Source of the DNA: Fibrobacteria bacterium
GTDB lineage: Bacteria; Fibrobacterota; Fibrobacteria; UBA11236
Assembly: GCA_043745805.1 (NCBI GenBank)
Contig: JAYTSD010000004.1
Coordinates: 64,001 to 128,000 of the forward strand
Direction: 5' to 3'
Length of the DNA: 64,000 bases
Below the pieces are notes generated by a model. It did not search any database. It was not told the DNA's origin and was given only the letters and a program-made list of their open reading frames with translations. Shown in pieces: positions 31,661 through 42,012 of the stretch. Position 1 is the stretch's first letter. Each line of letters begins with the position of its first letter. The position numbers and the translations under genes are program-made.

Positions 31661-34093
31661 ATGCCAAAAAAACTTCGTCAAGCGCTTCGCCGCTGTAGCA
31701 TTTCCCTAATTCTCACCTTGGTTTTTTTCATCGTTTTAAGTCAACGATTTGGGTTCGTCCCGCCCATGGGAAAATTCCTCGATCCTTTTCAAGGCTTTTG
31801 GCAAAATGCGGAAGCCTTTCAACACTCTACAAAAAGCATATCCCTTAATGGATTACAAAAACCTGTCGATATTGTTTTTGATTCCTTAGGTATTCCCCAT
31901 ATTTTTGCTCAGGCAAATGAGGATTTGTTTTTTGCGCAAGGTTATGTTACGGCTCGCGATAGACTTTGGCAAATGGAATTTCAAACTCAGGCTACTGCTG
32001 GTCGACTTTCGGAAATCATTGGCCCCGCAGCCATTGAATATGATAGGCATCAAAGACGTTTAGGCATTCCCCATGCGGCTCAGCTCTCATTGGAATTGAT
32101 GGAAAAAAATCCCGAAACCAAAATGGCCTTGGAAAACTATGCGGCGGGCGTTAATGCTTATATACAAAGCCTGAACACTGCAAGTTACCCCCTTGAATAC
32201 AAATTACTGGACTATGCCCCTGAAGAATGGACGCCTTTGCAAACGGCCTTGCTATTAAAATATATGCAATGGACTTTAAGTGGGGCCAATGATGAAATGG
32301 CCTTGAGCAATACCTTAAATAAATTTGGACCCGTATTTATTGAAAAATTTTATCCCTTACATCCGCAAGGCGTAGATCCTATTATCCCCCCCGAAACACC
32401 TTGGAATTTTACCCCCATAGCCAAACCCAATGTGGTGAACACTTTTACACCTGCCTTAGTGGGCCAATGGACGGGTCCCGATAAGCATAATGGAAGTAAT
32501 AACTTTGCTGTGAATGGAAAAAAAGTAATTGGAGGAGGAACCATTTTAGCGAATGATCCTCATCTTGATTTATCCTTGCCTTCTATTTGGTATGCCATTC
32601 ATTTACATGCCCCCAACTATAATGCCAGCGGCGCTTCATTACCAGGCACGCCCTCCATAGTCATCGGCTTTAATAATGCCATTGCTTGGGGATTAACTAA
32701 TGGCAAAGATGATGTGCTCGATTGGTATCAATTAAAATTTAAAGATTCTACACTGGCAGAATATTGGCATGAGAATCAATGGAAAAGAACTACGCCTACT
32801 TTAGAAGAATTTAAAGTTTATGGAGGGGAAGACATTTATGACACCGTAATTTATACGCATCATGGTCCAGTGGTTATAAAACCAGGCGAAAAAGCCTTTG
32901 ATAATAAAATGCCTCCCGCACAAGCTATGCATTGGATAGCGAATACGCCTTCTAATGAATTACTGGCTTTTATCCATATCAATCAAGCTCAAGATGAAAG
33001 TAGTTTTGTGGCGGCCTTAGCGCCGTATAATTGCCCCGCGCAAAATTTTGCTTATGCGGATAAACAAGGCCATATTGCCTTAATCCATGCTGGCTTATTT
33101 CCTTTACGCTGGACCGGACAAGGACGCCTGATTTCCGATGGCACCGATGCCCGCTTCGACTGGAAGACTTGGGTTCCCGCAACCCACAATCCGCAGGTTA
33201 CGGATCCGGCTCGTGAATTTATTAGTTCTGCCAATCAAGACATTACCGATAGCACTTATCCTTATTTTTTAGCTGCGGATTTTTTAGACCCCGATCGCGG
33301 CAATCGCATTAATCAAAGCCTGAGTGAAAGCGAAAGTTTAAGTGTGGCGGATATACAGAATATACAATTGGATAATCTCAGCCTGCATGCACAACTCATT
33401 TTACCCTTCATGTTACAGGCTTTAGATACCTTGGCTATGGATGAAATTTACCGTCCGGCCATTGCGGACTTAAGGCATTGGGAATACCATTATGTTAATC
33501 AACAGGCGGCCCCAAGCCTTTTTGATTTATGGTGGAGTAACTTGTATGTGTCCATTTGGAATGATGATTTTGGCAATGACTCGACTCGATATATATGGCC
33601 CACAAAAGCCAGAACGCGCCAACTCCTGCTCGAAGAGCCGAATTCACTTTGGTATGATGATCTTTCCACTCCGGAAAAAGAAAACTTGGGCTTGCTCCTG
33701 CGCCGCAGTTTTCTAAAAGCCTATGCCACCTTAAAAAGCCAAAATGGAAACTATGGAAGTAATTGGCATTGGGGTAAAATTCATCGCGTCAATATTAATC
33801 ATTTAGCCCATATCCCTGCTTTTGCTATTACTAATCTTACTCCAGGAAGTTGTTCGGATTGCATTAATGCGCAGCGCGGTACCAATGCCCCTTCTTGGCG
33901 AATGGTCGTGCAACTCGGTAAAAACTTTCAAGCTTATGGCATTTATCCCGGTGGGCAAAGTGGAAATCCTGGCTCTCCTTTTTATGCGAATTTCATTGCG
34001 GATTGGAGCAATGGGAAATTACGGCCACTAAACTTCCCTAATAAAACCGAAGATTTAAAATCTCTGTATACTTTGCATTTGGGAGCACATTAA
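31661..34093 (+). CDS. Penicillin acylase family Ntn-hydrolase
   Basis: GIPHIFA, AQGY..ARDRLWQME, GSNNF nucleophile Ser, LANDPHL, PGGQSG. Confidence 0.92.
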   Translation: MPKKLRQALRRCSISLILTLVFFIVLSQRFGFVPPMGKFLDPFQGFWQNAEAFQHSTKSISLNGLQKPVDIVFDSLGIPHIFAQANEDLFFAQGYVTARDRLWQMEFQTQATAGRLSEIIGPAAIEYDRHQRRLGIPHAAQLSLELMEKNPETKMALENYAAGVNAYIQSLNTASYPLEYKLLDYAPEEWTPLQTALLLKYMQWTLSGANDEMALSNTLNKFGPVFIEKFYPLHPQGVDPIIPPETPWNFTPIAKPNVVNTFTPALVGQWTGPDKHNGSNNFAVNGKKVIGGGTILANDPHLDLSLPSIWYAIHLHAPNYNASGASLPGTPSIVIGFNNAIAWGLTNGKDDVLDWYQLKFKDSTLAEYWHENQWKRTTPTLEEFKVYGGEDIYDTVIYTHHGPVVIKPGEKAFDNKMPPAQAMHWIANTPSNELLAFIHINQAQDESSFVAALAPYNCPAQNFAYADKQGHIALIHAGLFPLRWTGQGRLISDGTDARFDWKTWVPATHNPQVTDPAREFISSANQDITDSTYPYFLAADFLDPDRGNRINQSLSESESLSVADIQNIQLDNLSLHAQLILPFMLQALDTLAMDEIYRPAIADLRHWEYHYVNQQAAPSLFDLWWSNLYVSIWNDDFGNDSTRYIWPTKARTRQLLLEEPNSLWYDDLSTPEKENLGLLLRRSFLKAYATLKSQNGNYGSNWHWGKIHRVNINHLAHIPAFAITNLTPGSCSDCINAQRGTNAPSWRMVVQLGKNFQAYGIYPGGQSGNPGSPFYANFIADWSNGKLRPLNFPNKTEDLKSLYTLHLGAH

Positions 34094-34557
34094 TGAATTT
34101 ATTAATATTAATTATACTGAGTGCTCTTTTTCAATGGATCGGAAGCTGGTGGGCTATGGCTATACCTGCTTTTGGAATAGGATTTTATCGCTACAAAAGT
34201 GGTAAAAATGCTTTTAGCATGGGGTTTGTCGCCTTGGCCTGTTTATGGTTTGCCTATGCAGGTTACCTTGATATTCGCAATCAGCATTTATTATCTACAA
34301 AAATTGCTGCACTGTTACATTTACCCAATTCTATTTGGTTAATTGGTGTTACCATTATTATCGGTGGATGCGGAGGCGGACTAGCCACTTGGCTCGGTTG
34401 CGAATTTCGAAAACTTTGGGATGAATTGTCTTTGTTACTTCAAGATAAAGCCACCATACGTCCCGAAACCTCAGGCCGTGCAGAAAAATCCGAGACCATG
34501 GACGAAAAAAATATTGAACCAAGCATTGAGCCCAATAATAATGAAGATGCGCTTTAA
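34093..34557 (+). CDS. Small membrane protein
   Basis: 3-4 hydrophobic segments; start overlaps the acylase stop. Confidence 0.7.
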   Translation: MNLLILIILSALFQWIGSWWAMAIPAFGIGFYRYKSGKNAFSMGFVALACLWFAYAGYLDIRNQHLLSTKIAALLHLPNSIWLIGVTIIIGGCGGGLATWLGCEFRKLWDELSLLLQDKATIRPETSGRAEKSETMDEKNIEPSIEPNNNEDAL

Positions 34558-34567
34558 TTAAAAAAAA

Positions 34568-35170
34568 TTATTCCTGATTTTTAAACATAATTTTTTCAAT
34601 ACGTTTATCAGGAATTAACCACATAATGGCGACTAGAACATATAAACTACAGGCTATCCAAACATTATAAAAGGATAAGGGAAAAGCTACCGCATAAACC
34701 ACAACGGAAGTCTTTCCTTTGAAATCACCGCCTATGGCTTGCCCCAAAAGGGATTCTTTACCATGATGAGATACTAAAACTTGGGCAAGAATATAATAAG
34801 CCAAGCCAGCCAATAATAAATTGATTCCATAAAGCGCTACCGGCCAATTGGCAAAGTGATTTTCACCCATCCAACTGGTGGTAAAAGGGATTAAAGACAA
34901 CCAAAAAAGCAAATGCGAGTTAGCCCATAAAGTTCGTCCATTAATATGCTTGGTAACTTGCAATAAATGATGATGATTATGCCAATAAATTCCGATATAA
35001 ATAAAACTCAAGGCATAGCAAAGAAAAGTAGGTAATAAGGGTTTTAAATCTTCTAAAGCACTCCCATGGGGTACTTTTAATTCCAAGACCATGATAGTGA
35101 TAATAATGGCTAAAACACCGTCACTGAAGGCTTCTAATCGACCCTTGCCCATAAAGTTTTTTTCATTCAT
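34568..35170 (-). CDS. TMEM175 family potassium channel
   Basis: RLEAFSDGV..IIITIMVLE, W.NHH, LIPF. Confidence 0.92.
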   Translation of the reverse strand: MNEKNFMGKGRLEAFSDGVLAIIITIMVLELKVPHGSALEDLKPLLPTFLCYALSFIYIGIYWHNHHHLLQVTKHINGRTLWANSHLLFWLSLIPFTTSWMGENHFANWPVALYGINLLLAGLAYYILAQVLVSHHGKESLLGQAIGGDFKGKTSVVVYAVAFPLSFYNVWIACSLYVLVAIMWLIPDKRIEKIMFKNQE

Positions 35171-35205
35171 GTTAAAAAAGTAATAACTCGAAGCAACTTG
35201 TTCTA

Positions 35206-36510
35206 TTAATGTATTTCATTTGATATTTCCTTCTTCGTGGATTGCCGGATAAATATCAAAATCATTGGCAAGGTCGAAACACCTAAGGCTATCCAAGCCA
35301 TTCCTGAATAGTGGATTGCCGAAAACATAAACCCGCCTGAACCACTGGCTATGGCTGAGCCCAAGTTAACCATACTTTCATTCATGCCTAATATTTTTCC
35401 ACGATTAGCGCCTTGTAATAAACTATTCAGTTCGGTAGAGGCCGAGAGGAAACAACAATTCCAACCTAGGCCCAGTAAAAACAAAGCAATGCCTAAGGAC
35501 ACTGACGTTTCGGCATAAGGCGCTAATAAACAAGCACTGATGAGTAATAAACTGCCTAAAGCAATAACAATGCGTTTCCCCACTTTATCGATTAACCAAC
35601 CAATAGCAAAGGCCAAACCAAACATACCCGCAAAATGCGCGGAGATAACGCCTGATATAGCTGGAATGCTATGATGTTCACATTGCATATGCAAAGGAGT
35701 AATCGCCATAATCAACACCATGGCCCATTGCGCGCAAAATAAAGTGGCCATACTAAAATAAACTTTGCGATCTAATTTTCCCTGACTCAATATCGAAGTC
35801 GCTTTTGCTTCCGACTTGGGTGATGCGCCCTGTTTTCGCCAGTAACTTGCAAGTTTTCTTGGTTCCGGTCTTAATCCAAAAAATGCAAAAACAAAAACCA
35901 TGAAAAACAAGCAAGCCGTACCCACCCAAGCCCCACCTGCTGCGGGACAATGCAATATCTTCGCAAAATCCATACTTACATGCGTTAAAGAAGGTCCCAA
36001 TATGGAACCCACTACCGCTCCCCAAATCACAAAGCCAATTGCTCGCCCTTGTTTTTTAGGAGGATTAGATTCCGCCGCCGCATAGCGACTCATATCAATG
36101 AATCCACGTGCGATACCAAATACCGACATGCCTAATAAAAATAAAAGCAAAGAAGAATTTACCGCACCCCAAATAGAGAGTAGTGAAGCGGTTACCCCAA
36201 TGGCATAGGCAGATAGTAATACTGGTCTATAACCATAACGCTGCGATAAGCGTCCCGAAAAAAATGCCGTCAGCGAAGCAAAAATTAAACTTAAGGTTAA
36301 AGGGGCTCCCGTCCAATGCGGGTTACCTCCTCCCAACTTCACCACCAAAAGAGAACTCGCCACAAAACTCATTGACAATGCCGAAGCAATAAATGCTTGT
36401 GCGATACAGAGCACTAAACTGATTTTTTTTCCGGCTTTTTCGACCGCTTCAGAACTGGTTAAATCTTCCCAAGCCTTAACCTGAGAGTTAAAAAGTGAGG
36501 AAAACTTCAT
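35206..36510 (-). CDS. MFS transporter
   Basis: GRLSQRYGYRP, RYAAAE, GWLIDKVGKR, LGLGWN; start inferred at ATG 36510, overlapping the EamA stop. Confidence 0.87.
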   Translation of the reverse strand: MKFSSLFNSQVKAWEDLTSSEAVEKAGKKISLVLCIAQAFIASALSMSFVASSLLVVKLGGGNPHWTGAPLTLSLIFASLTAFFSGRLSQRYGYRPVLLSAYAIGVTASLLSIWGAVNSSLLLFLLGMSVFGIARGFIDMSRYAAAESNPPKKQGRAIGFVIWGAVVGSILGPSLTHVSMDFAKILHCPAAGGAWVGTACLFFMVFVFAFFGLRPEPRKLASYWRKQGASPKSEAKATSILSQGKLDRKVYFSMATLFCAQWAMVLIMAITPLHMQCEHHSIPAISGVISAHFAGMFGLAFAIGWLIDKVGKRIVIALGSLLLISACLLAPYAETSVSLGIALFLLGLGWNCCFLSASTELNSLLQGANRGKILGMNESMVNLGSAIASGSGGFMFSAIHYSGMAWIALGVSTLPMILIFIRQSTKKEISNEIH

Positions 36511-37412
36511 GTTGCCTTCTCCTGACGCATCGATAAACTGGCACCCACGACGATAATCATTCCCACAAACTGAGCCCATCCCGGTATTTCATTCAATACC
36601 GCCCAACCCCAAAACAAAGTCATAATGGGACCGACACCACTTACAATGGCAGTGCGACTAGCACCAATCTGCAACATACCCGCATTTAGCATGTAACTGG
36701 GAAGTACCGTACAAAAAATAGCGAGAATCAAGGCTAATAAATAAACCACTAAGGGTTGCTGCAAATCCTGTAATGGATGCGTTATGGCGAAATGAATAAG
36801 TACTGCCAGAGTGGAAACATACATACTATAAGACGTAACTCTTTCGCTACCTAAGGTTTTCATGATCCGACTAATTCCGGTTAAATAAACAGCGTAGACC
36901 AAAGCCGCTAACCCAATAAGAATAGGACCTATCCAACCATTTTCGCGAATATGCGCATCGCCATAAAAAGAAAGAAATAATCCTCCATAAATACATGCGA
37001 AGGGTAAAAAAAGTTTTTTCTCAGCTTTTTGTTTATAAAATACCAGTGAAAGTAAAACCACCATACTGGGATAAGTGTACAGTATTAATCGTTCCATGCC
37101 CGCAGATACATATTGCAAACCCGTTAAATCGAGAACGCTAGATAAATAATAGCCGAGTAGCCCATATAAACTTAAGGATAGCGCCGTTTTAAGGTTTAAC
37201 TTCTCTCGCATTTTAGAGCTTACCTTATGCGCTTGATACCAAGAAACCGCAATAAAAAAAGGCAAGGAAAATAATAGGCGATAAACCATTAAAGTAATAG
37301 GCGCCACATGATACACATAAGCCATTTTAATAAATATGGATTTGGAAGAAAACAATAAAGAAGCGACCAGCACATAAATTATGCCTTGGCGCATTTTTAA
37401 ATAATTAAACAT
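36507..37412 (-). CDS. EamA/DMT family transporter
   Basis: FSSKSIFIK, GLQYVSAGMERLILYTYP, IGASRTAI; RBS AGGA before ATG 37412. Confidence 0.9.
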   Translation of the reverse strand: MFNYLKMRQGIIYVLVASLLFSSKSIFIKMAYVYHVAPITLMVYRLLFSLPFFIAVSWYQAHKVSSKMREKLNLKTALSLSLYGLLGYYLSSVLDLTGLQYVSAGMERLILYTYPSMVVLLSLVFYKQKAEKKLFLPFACIYGGLFLSFYGDAHIRENGWIGPILIGLAALVYAVYLTGISRIMKTLGSERVTSYSMYVSTLAVLIHFAITHPLQDLQQPLVVYLLALILAIFCTVLPSYMLNAGMLQIGASRTAIVSGVGPIMTLFWGWAVLNEIPGWAQFVGMIIVVGASLSMRQEKAT

Positions 37413-37431
37413 TTTTCCTTTTCTGGAATAC

Positions 37432-37471
37432 AACAAAAAGGCCCGCTCTTGTGAAAGCGGGCCTTTTTGTT
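37432..37471 (-). terminator. Intrinsic terminator in the leader of the EamA gene (attenuator)
   Basis: 16-bp perfect inverted repeat AACAAAAAGGCCCGCT / AGCGGGCCTTTTTGTT, 20 nt upstream of the start codon. Confidence 0.85.
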
Positions 37472-37498
37472 TGCATTACCTTTTTTTAGTTACGCAAA

Positions 37499-37612
37499 TT
37501 AAGTACCCGCTCCTTGACCCATAATAATATGCGCCGCAAGCCATAGCACAGTTTTAACTGAAGCTTGGGAAGCAGGTTTGGTCATAGGTTTACAGGCGAA
37601 TTTCAATTGCAT
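37499..37612 (-). CDS. Putative leader peptide MQLKFACKPMTKPASQASVKTVLWLAAHIIMGQGAGT (37 aa)
   Basis: Open frame from ATG 37612 to TAA 37499, between promoter and terminator; contains AGCGGG complementary to the terminator 5' arm. Confidence 0.6.
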   Translation of the reverse strand: MQLKFACKPMTKPASQASVKTVLWLAAHIIMGQGAGT

Positions 37613-37619
37613 GTTAACA

Positions 37620-37647
37620 ATTATAAACAATAAAAAACAAATGTCAA
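37620..37647 (-). promoter_or_regulatory. Consensus sigma70 promoter TTGACA-N16-TATAAT
   Basis: TGTCAA at 37642-37647 and ATTATA at 37620-37625 on the + strand. Confidence 0.75.
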
Positions 37648-37687
37648 GGAACTATTTTCTCACAGCCTCATTTTTTTGTTAAGCATC

Positions 37688-38407
37688 TTATTGCTTATGC
37701 TTATCATGAATTCTGCGAATATGATCAATGTGGAGATATTTGGGTCCACCTAAACTTGCAGCCCCCATCCAAATACGCGCCGCCTTTTCCATCATTAAAG
37801 TGGTCGCGAGTACCGCCTCAGCCGAATGACCCAAAGCAATGAGTCCATGATTTTCTAAGAGTATCGCACGTGGTACCCCATATTTTTGCATATGGCCTTC
37901 GCAATAACGACGAATAGATTGCGCCAAGGGCAAGCCTGGATCTTTATAAGGAATAAATAAAGAAACCGCCCCGCAATAAATAATTTCTTCGGGAAAGCAG
38001 CGATTATCCGCAAACTCTTTGGCGCGTGCAGAACAAAGAATTTGATTCACCGTCACCGGATGTGTATGTGCCACAAAGGTTACCCCTGGCAACATGAGTA
38101 AATAAGCATGCAACAAAGTCTCTGCCGAAGGTTGTTTAGCCGCAGAATCCACTCGCGCTTCCGCTAAACAAATTTCCACCTGCGCTTCATCGAGGGAGGT
38201 TCTATTTAACAATGGCAAAGTTTTATCAAAAAGACATTCCACTAAATCGTCCTGTTGCAATTGCGCAAGATAAGGTCTCCCAGCATTTACCCAAAAACTT
38301 GTGGTATTGATTTTAGCCGAAGCATTGCCTTCATTAGCGACTACTAAGCCTCGAGCCTCATTTCCTAATTCATGACACAATTGCAATAAATTCATTTTTT
38401 CGTCCAT
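37688..38407 (-). CDS. Class II aldolase/adducin family protein
   Basis: EGNAS, PSAETLLHA, HTHP, LLENHG. Confidence 0.85.
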   Translation of the reverse strand: MDEKMNLLQLCHELGNEARGLVVANEGNASAKINTTSFWVNAGRPYLAQLQQDDLVECLFDKTLPLLNRTSLDEAQVEICLAEARVDSAAKQPSAETLLHAYLLMLPGVTFVAHTHPVTVNQILCSARAKEFADNRCFPEEIIYCGAVSLFIPYKDPGLPLAQSIRRYCEGHMQKYGVPRAILLENHGLIALGHSAEAVLATTLMMEKAARIWMGAASLGGPKYLHIDHIRRIHDKHKQ

Positions 38408-38622
38408 ACTGTCCTTTTATGCCATACGGCATCATATGGGTTATTTTACTCTGCTCATTCGCTGCTGCGAACTTTATTTAATTTATCATTTATCCCAAAA
38501 ACCTTCAGCGTATAAAATCAAATGGCAGTAATTAAAACACAGGTCTCGGCTCAATTTTTTTATGTTTACCCTAAAGACCTTTTACTTTAAACTCGCAAAA
38601 ATTAACGAAGTACGATTAGCTT

Positions 38623-39897
38623 ATGAAATCATTTTTTTCTCTCTTTGTATGCCTTGCAAACTGTGTGACAAACACTATAGCTTCAGTCTTTCCTATTTTT
38701 ACCTATGAAAAAATCGAGGCTCCCAGCGAAAATTATCGAGAGTCCATGCAAATTTTTGATATGGATAAAGATGGTGATTTAGACTTTACTTCCGGTGGCG
38801 GAATAGCAGGCAAAGAATTTTGGTTCGAAAATAAACAAGGCACTTGGATTCGACATGTTTTACATAATAGCATCAATGATGCCGATGTCGGTGCCATAGT
38901 CGCTGATTTTAATGGCGATGGTTGGATGGACTTAGCAAGCGGTTCAAATGTTTATCTGCATCCAAGTATTCATCACGATCAAGAATTTATTGCCGTCAAA
39001 ACCGGTGCCATGGATTTTACCCATGATATGTTTGCTGCGGACATTGACAAGGATGGAAAAACCGATATTGTTACCCTTGATTATAGCGGATTATATTGGT
39101 TTAAAAACGTTCTTCCCGACACCTCACAACTATGGACGAAAACTCAAGTTGAAGGACGGCGTTTCGATCAACCTCATGGAGGCTTAGCCTTGGGTGATAT
39201 AGATAATGATGGCGATATTGATATTGCGCGTGTCGACCGATGGTTTGAAAATGTAGATGGCAAAGGAGCGCAATGGAAAGAGCGCGACAGTTTAGACTTC
39301 GGACAAATAAGTAGTTGGGGGAAATCAGGAAAAACTCGTTTAGTTGATCTGGATAAGGATGGAGATCTTGACTTAATGCAATCGGATTGCGATGTACCCA
39401 ATGCCCAAGTAGCTTGGTTTGAAAATTTAGATCATGGAAATAGCTGGAGTAAGCATTTAATCAAGGACAGCACCGACTTCCAAGACTTTCACACTTTGAA
39501 CATTAACGATTTTAATGGGGATGGAAATCTCGATATACTCGCCTGCGGTGGACCCATAACCGACAGTGTTCCCAAATGTTATATCTGGGAAAATTTAGGA
39601 CAAGCTAAAAGCTGGCAAGAACATATTATTTATACCGGCAAAACCAATTGCCATGAAGGAATTGCCGGCGACTTCGATGGAGATGGCGATTTGGATCTGC
39701 TTTGTAAAGGCTGGCTTAATTTCCATTATATTTTAAATAATCAACTCATCCCTTCGAGTATTGCCACAAAATCCACACGCGCAAAATTAGCGCCGTCCTT
39801 AATGAAAATTATGCGAAATGGAAAAGTTATTTTTTCTTGGGAACAACAATTCAGAGATTTGCAAGGCAAAACAATTCCCCAAAAAATCGATAAGTGA
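38623..39897 (+). CDS. Secreted FG-GAP/VCBS repeat beta-propeller protein
   Basis: Signal peptide; seven D-x-D/N-x-D-G-x-x-D repeats; basic C-terminal tail. Confidence 0.85.
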   Translation: MKSFFSLFVCLANCVTNTIASVFPIFTYEKIEAPSENYRESMQIFDMDKDGDLDFTSGGGIAGKEFWFENKQGTWIRHVLHNSINDADVGAIVADFNGDGWMDLASGSNVYLHPSIHHDQEFIAVKTGAMDFTHDMFAADIDKDGKTDIVTLDYSGLYWFKNVLPDTSQLWTKTQVEGRRFDQPHGGLALGDIDNDGDIDIARVDRWFENVDGKGAQWKERDSLDFGQISSWGKSGKTRLVDLDKDGDLDLMQSDCDVPNAQVAWFENLDHGNSWSKHLIKDSTDFQDFHTLNINDFNGDGNLDILACGGPITDSVPKCYIWENLGQAKSWQEHIIYTGKTNCHEGIAGDFDGDGDLDLLCKGWLNFHYILNNQLIPSSIATKSTRAKLAPSLMKIMRNGKVIFSWEQQFRDLQGKTIPQKIDK

Positions 39898-39953
39898 ATA
39901 CCCAAACTCAAATCTATTTTTAATAGTAACATCCACATCCACTTAATCGTCTT

Positions 39954-40621
39954 ATGAATACTATGAAGCATGCGCTTTTCTATTTAATACCCTTTCTCGC
40001 TTTATTTCACTTAAGTTGCATAGAATATTCTTTGACGCGAGTTGATTATCTACACACTCAATACGCTTCCCCTCAAGGATTGAAAACCGCGAATAATATT
40101 GATAAAGGCTTACATGCAAGCTTAACTTCCAGTATTAGCACTCAAGATACTATCACCACTACTACCAAACACACTACTGTTGGAGGAGATGATGATAAGC
40201 GAGTTGAACCAACCCAGGCTAACAACTATTCGACTCTCAATGAAAATAAATCGGCAGAATTATCTCTGATTTATGTCGACAAAAGTTATGCGCTGGGAAC
40301 AAATCTGCAGTTTTCGCAAGTGGGAAAGGAATTATTTCAGATACCGCCATAATTGAAGGCAATGGCAAAATATTACCCAATTTCAGCTTATACTTTAACA
40401 GAACCGTTTTCGACAAAATCAATATGTGCTATGGAATTGGGATTTATTATTTCCCAGACAGTTATAATTTGGGTGCGAACCTGTTCTATGTTCCCATAAC
40501 CTTGAACATTGGTTTAAGAACGAGCTATGTCATCAATCCGATGATAGGGATTAGTTATGCCTTAAATAGCATAGACGGTAAATCACATGTCTTTCATTTT
40601 ACCGCTGGGTTTGAGTATTGA
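39954..40621 (+). pseudogene. Frameshifted outer-membrane/lipoprotein gene
   Basis: N-part has lipobox-like HLSC; a second frame open from ~40330 ends FHFTAGFEY (beta-barrel-like terminus). Confidence 0.5.
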
Positions 40622-40714
40622 TTTTATAACCCTTCTTTGAAAATGTAAACGCTATAGGTTTTGTAAAACTAATAAGGTTTGCGAGATATATTATAAGAGA
40701 CTAATTACACACAC

Positions 40715-40954
40715 CTAATCAAGGTGCAGAGTTGAGCGTTTTTTCAAAAAAGAAGACCAGAGTTTTAAGAACTCATCTAGGGATATTGGCTCCCCCTTTG
40801 TCGATAAATCCCAGGCATCAACAGCTCCCGATCCCGATGGCACTCTGATAGAAACCCCACCATCCTCAGACATAGTGACTACAGCAGGCTTACCGCCAAC
40901 AGAAAAGAATCTTTTACCCTTTGAAAGCGACCTAGGATCCAACAGTTCCGGCAT
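40715..40954 (-). CDS. Hypothetical protein (79 aa)
   Basis: Protein-like composition, AGGAG upstream; no recognised motif. Confidence 0.45.
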   Translation of the reverse strand: MPELLDPRSLSKGKRFFSVGGKPAVVTMSEDGGVSIRVPSGSGAVDAWDLSTKGEPISLDEFLKLWSSFLKKRSTLHLD

Positions 40955-41123
40955 ATGAAATAATTTAACTCCTGCGTTAGAAAAATGCTGAATTTGGGCT
41001 CGAATTGTTTAGGTACAGTGTTTCCTAGGATATGTGGAGAATGTGCTAAAAGAAGGTGCCTTATGCCCCTCTCTCGCACAGAATAAAAATGCATCTAAAC
41101 AAAAAACCAGTAATTGTTTTGTC

Positions 41124-41551
41124 GTTTCAACTCACGCACTCATAAAGAGCGCGACATAAGTCCACTAAAGGCGGCTTCGATGTATTCCTGTTTCAATCCA
41201 TGCGCTCGTGAAGAGCGCGACTTGGCTGTTACCTGTTTTTCCACCGTGTTGGTCGGTTTCAATCCACGCGCTCGTGAAGAGCGCGACACGAACAATAGGC
41301 GTACCAACCAGACGCCTTTTGGTTTCAATCCACGCGCTCGTGAAGAGCGCGACGATGTCTTTAACTGTCTTCAGCGCCGCTTTATTGGTTTCAATCCACG
41401 CGCTCGTGAAGAGCGCGACTACCTTTCCATTTATATCAGCCGACAATTCAAAAGTTTCAATCCACGCGCTCGTGAAGAGCGCGACTTTATGCTTTCTGGT
41501 TTAACATCCGAGAGATCGAGTTTCAATCCACGCGCTCGTGAAGAGCGCGAC
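41124..41551 (-). CRISPR. Type I-C CRISPR array: 7 repeats (32 bp, GTCGCGCTCTTCACGAGCGCGTGGATTGAAAC) and 6 spacers of 34 bp
   Basis: Repeats start at 41124 (degenerate trailer), 41190, 41256, 41322, 41388, 41454, 41520; palindromic stem and ATTGAAAC 3' end; leader 41552-41718 next to cas2. Confidence 0.98.
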
Positions 41552-41718
41552 TCCTTACTTCTAAGCTTAGTTAATACCTGCACTTAGAAGTGTAGATCCG
41601 CTGACCTACGTTAAATATGTAAGAGATTATTTCAAAGAACTCAAGAGTGCCCAAATGCGCTCTGATTTCGGTGCGCTAAGCCTATGTGATTTTGTGTCAG
41701 CTTTAGGTTAGCGATTGA

Positions 41719-42009
41719 TTAAATGATCAAAGGACCATGAAGATCTGCTGTAGGCTTTGAACCAAAATGTTCGACTCGACGTTCCCAATTACTTCCTAGA
41801 TAATAAAATCGAAGACTATCTTCCTCCGCCTTATAAATCGCAAGAAGTTTACTTTTTAATAGTTCCCATTTTGCAGGTTCAACTTCGCATTCAAAAACCG
41901 AAAATTGTGCGCGTTGTCCATAATCTTCGCAACATTTCGCAATACGACGTAACCTACGTTTACCACCTAAAGATTCGGTTTTAACGTCATAGGTTACCAG
42001 CACTAACAT
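41719..42009 (-). CDS. cas2: CRISPR-associated Cas2
   Basis: VLVTYDV, GQRAQFSVFEC, DSLRFY. Confidence 0.96.
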   Translation of the reverse strand: MLVLVTYDVKTESLGGKRRLRRIAKCCEDYGQRAQFSVFECEVEPAKWELLKSKLLAIYKAEEDSLRFYYLGSNWERRVEHFGSKPTADLHGPLII

Positions 42010-42012
42010 TTA

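Noticed and set aside
41156..41519. Self-targeting spacers
   Set aside because: No match noticed in this window by eye; needs a computational search to exclude
41114..41587. ORFs with repeated FNPRAREERD / VALFTSAWIET
   Set aside because: Translations of the CRISPR repeats, not genes
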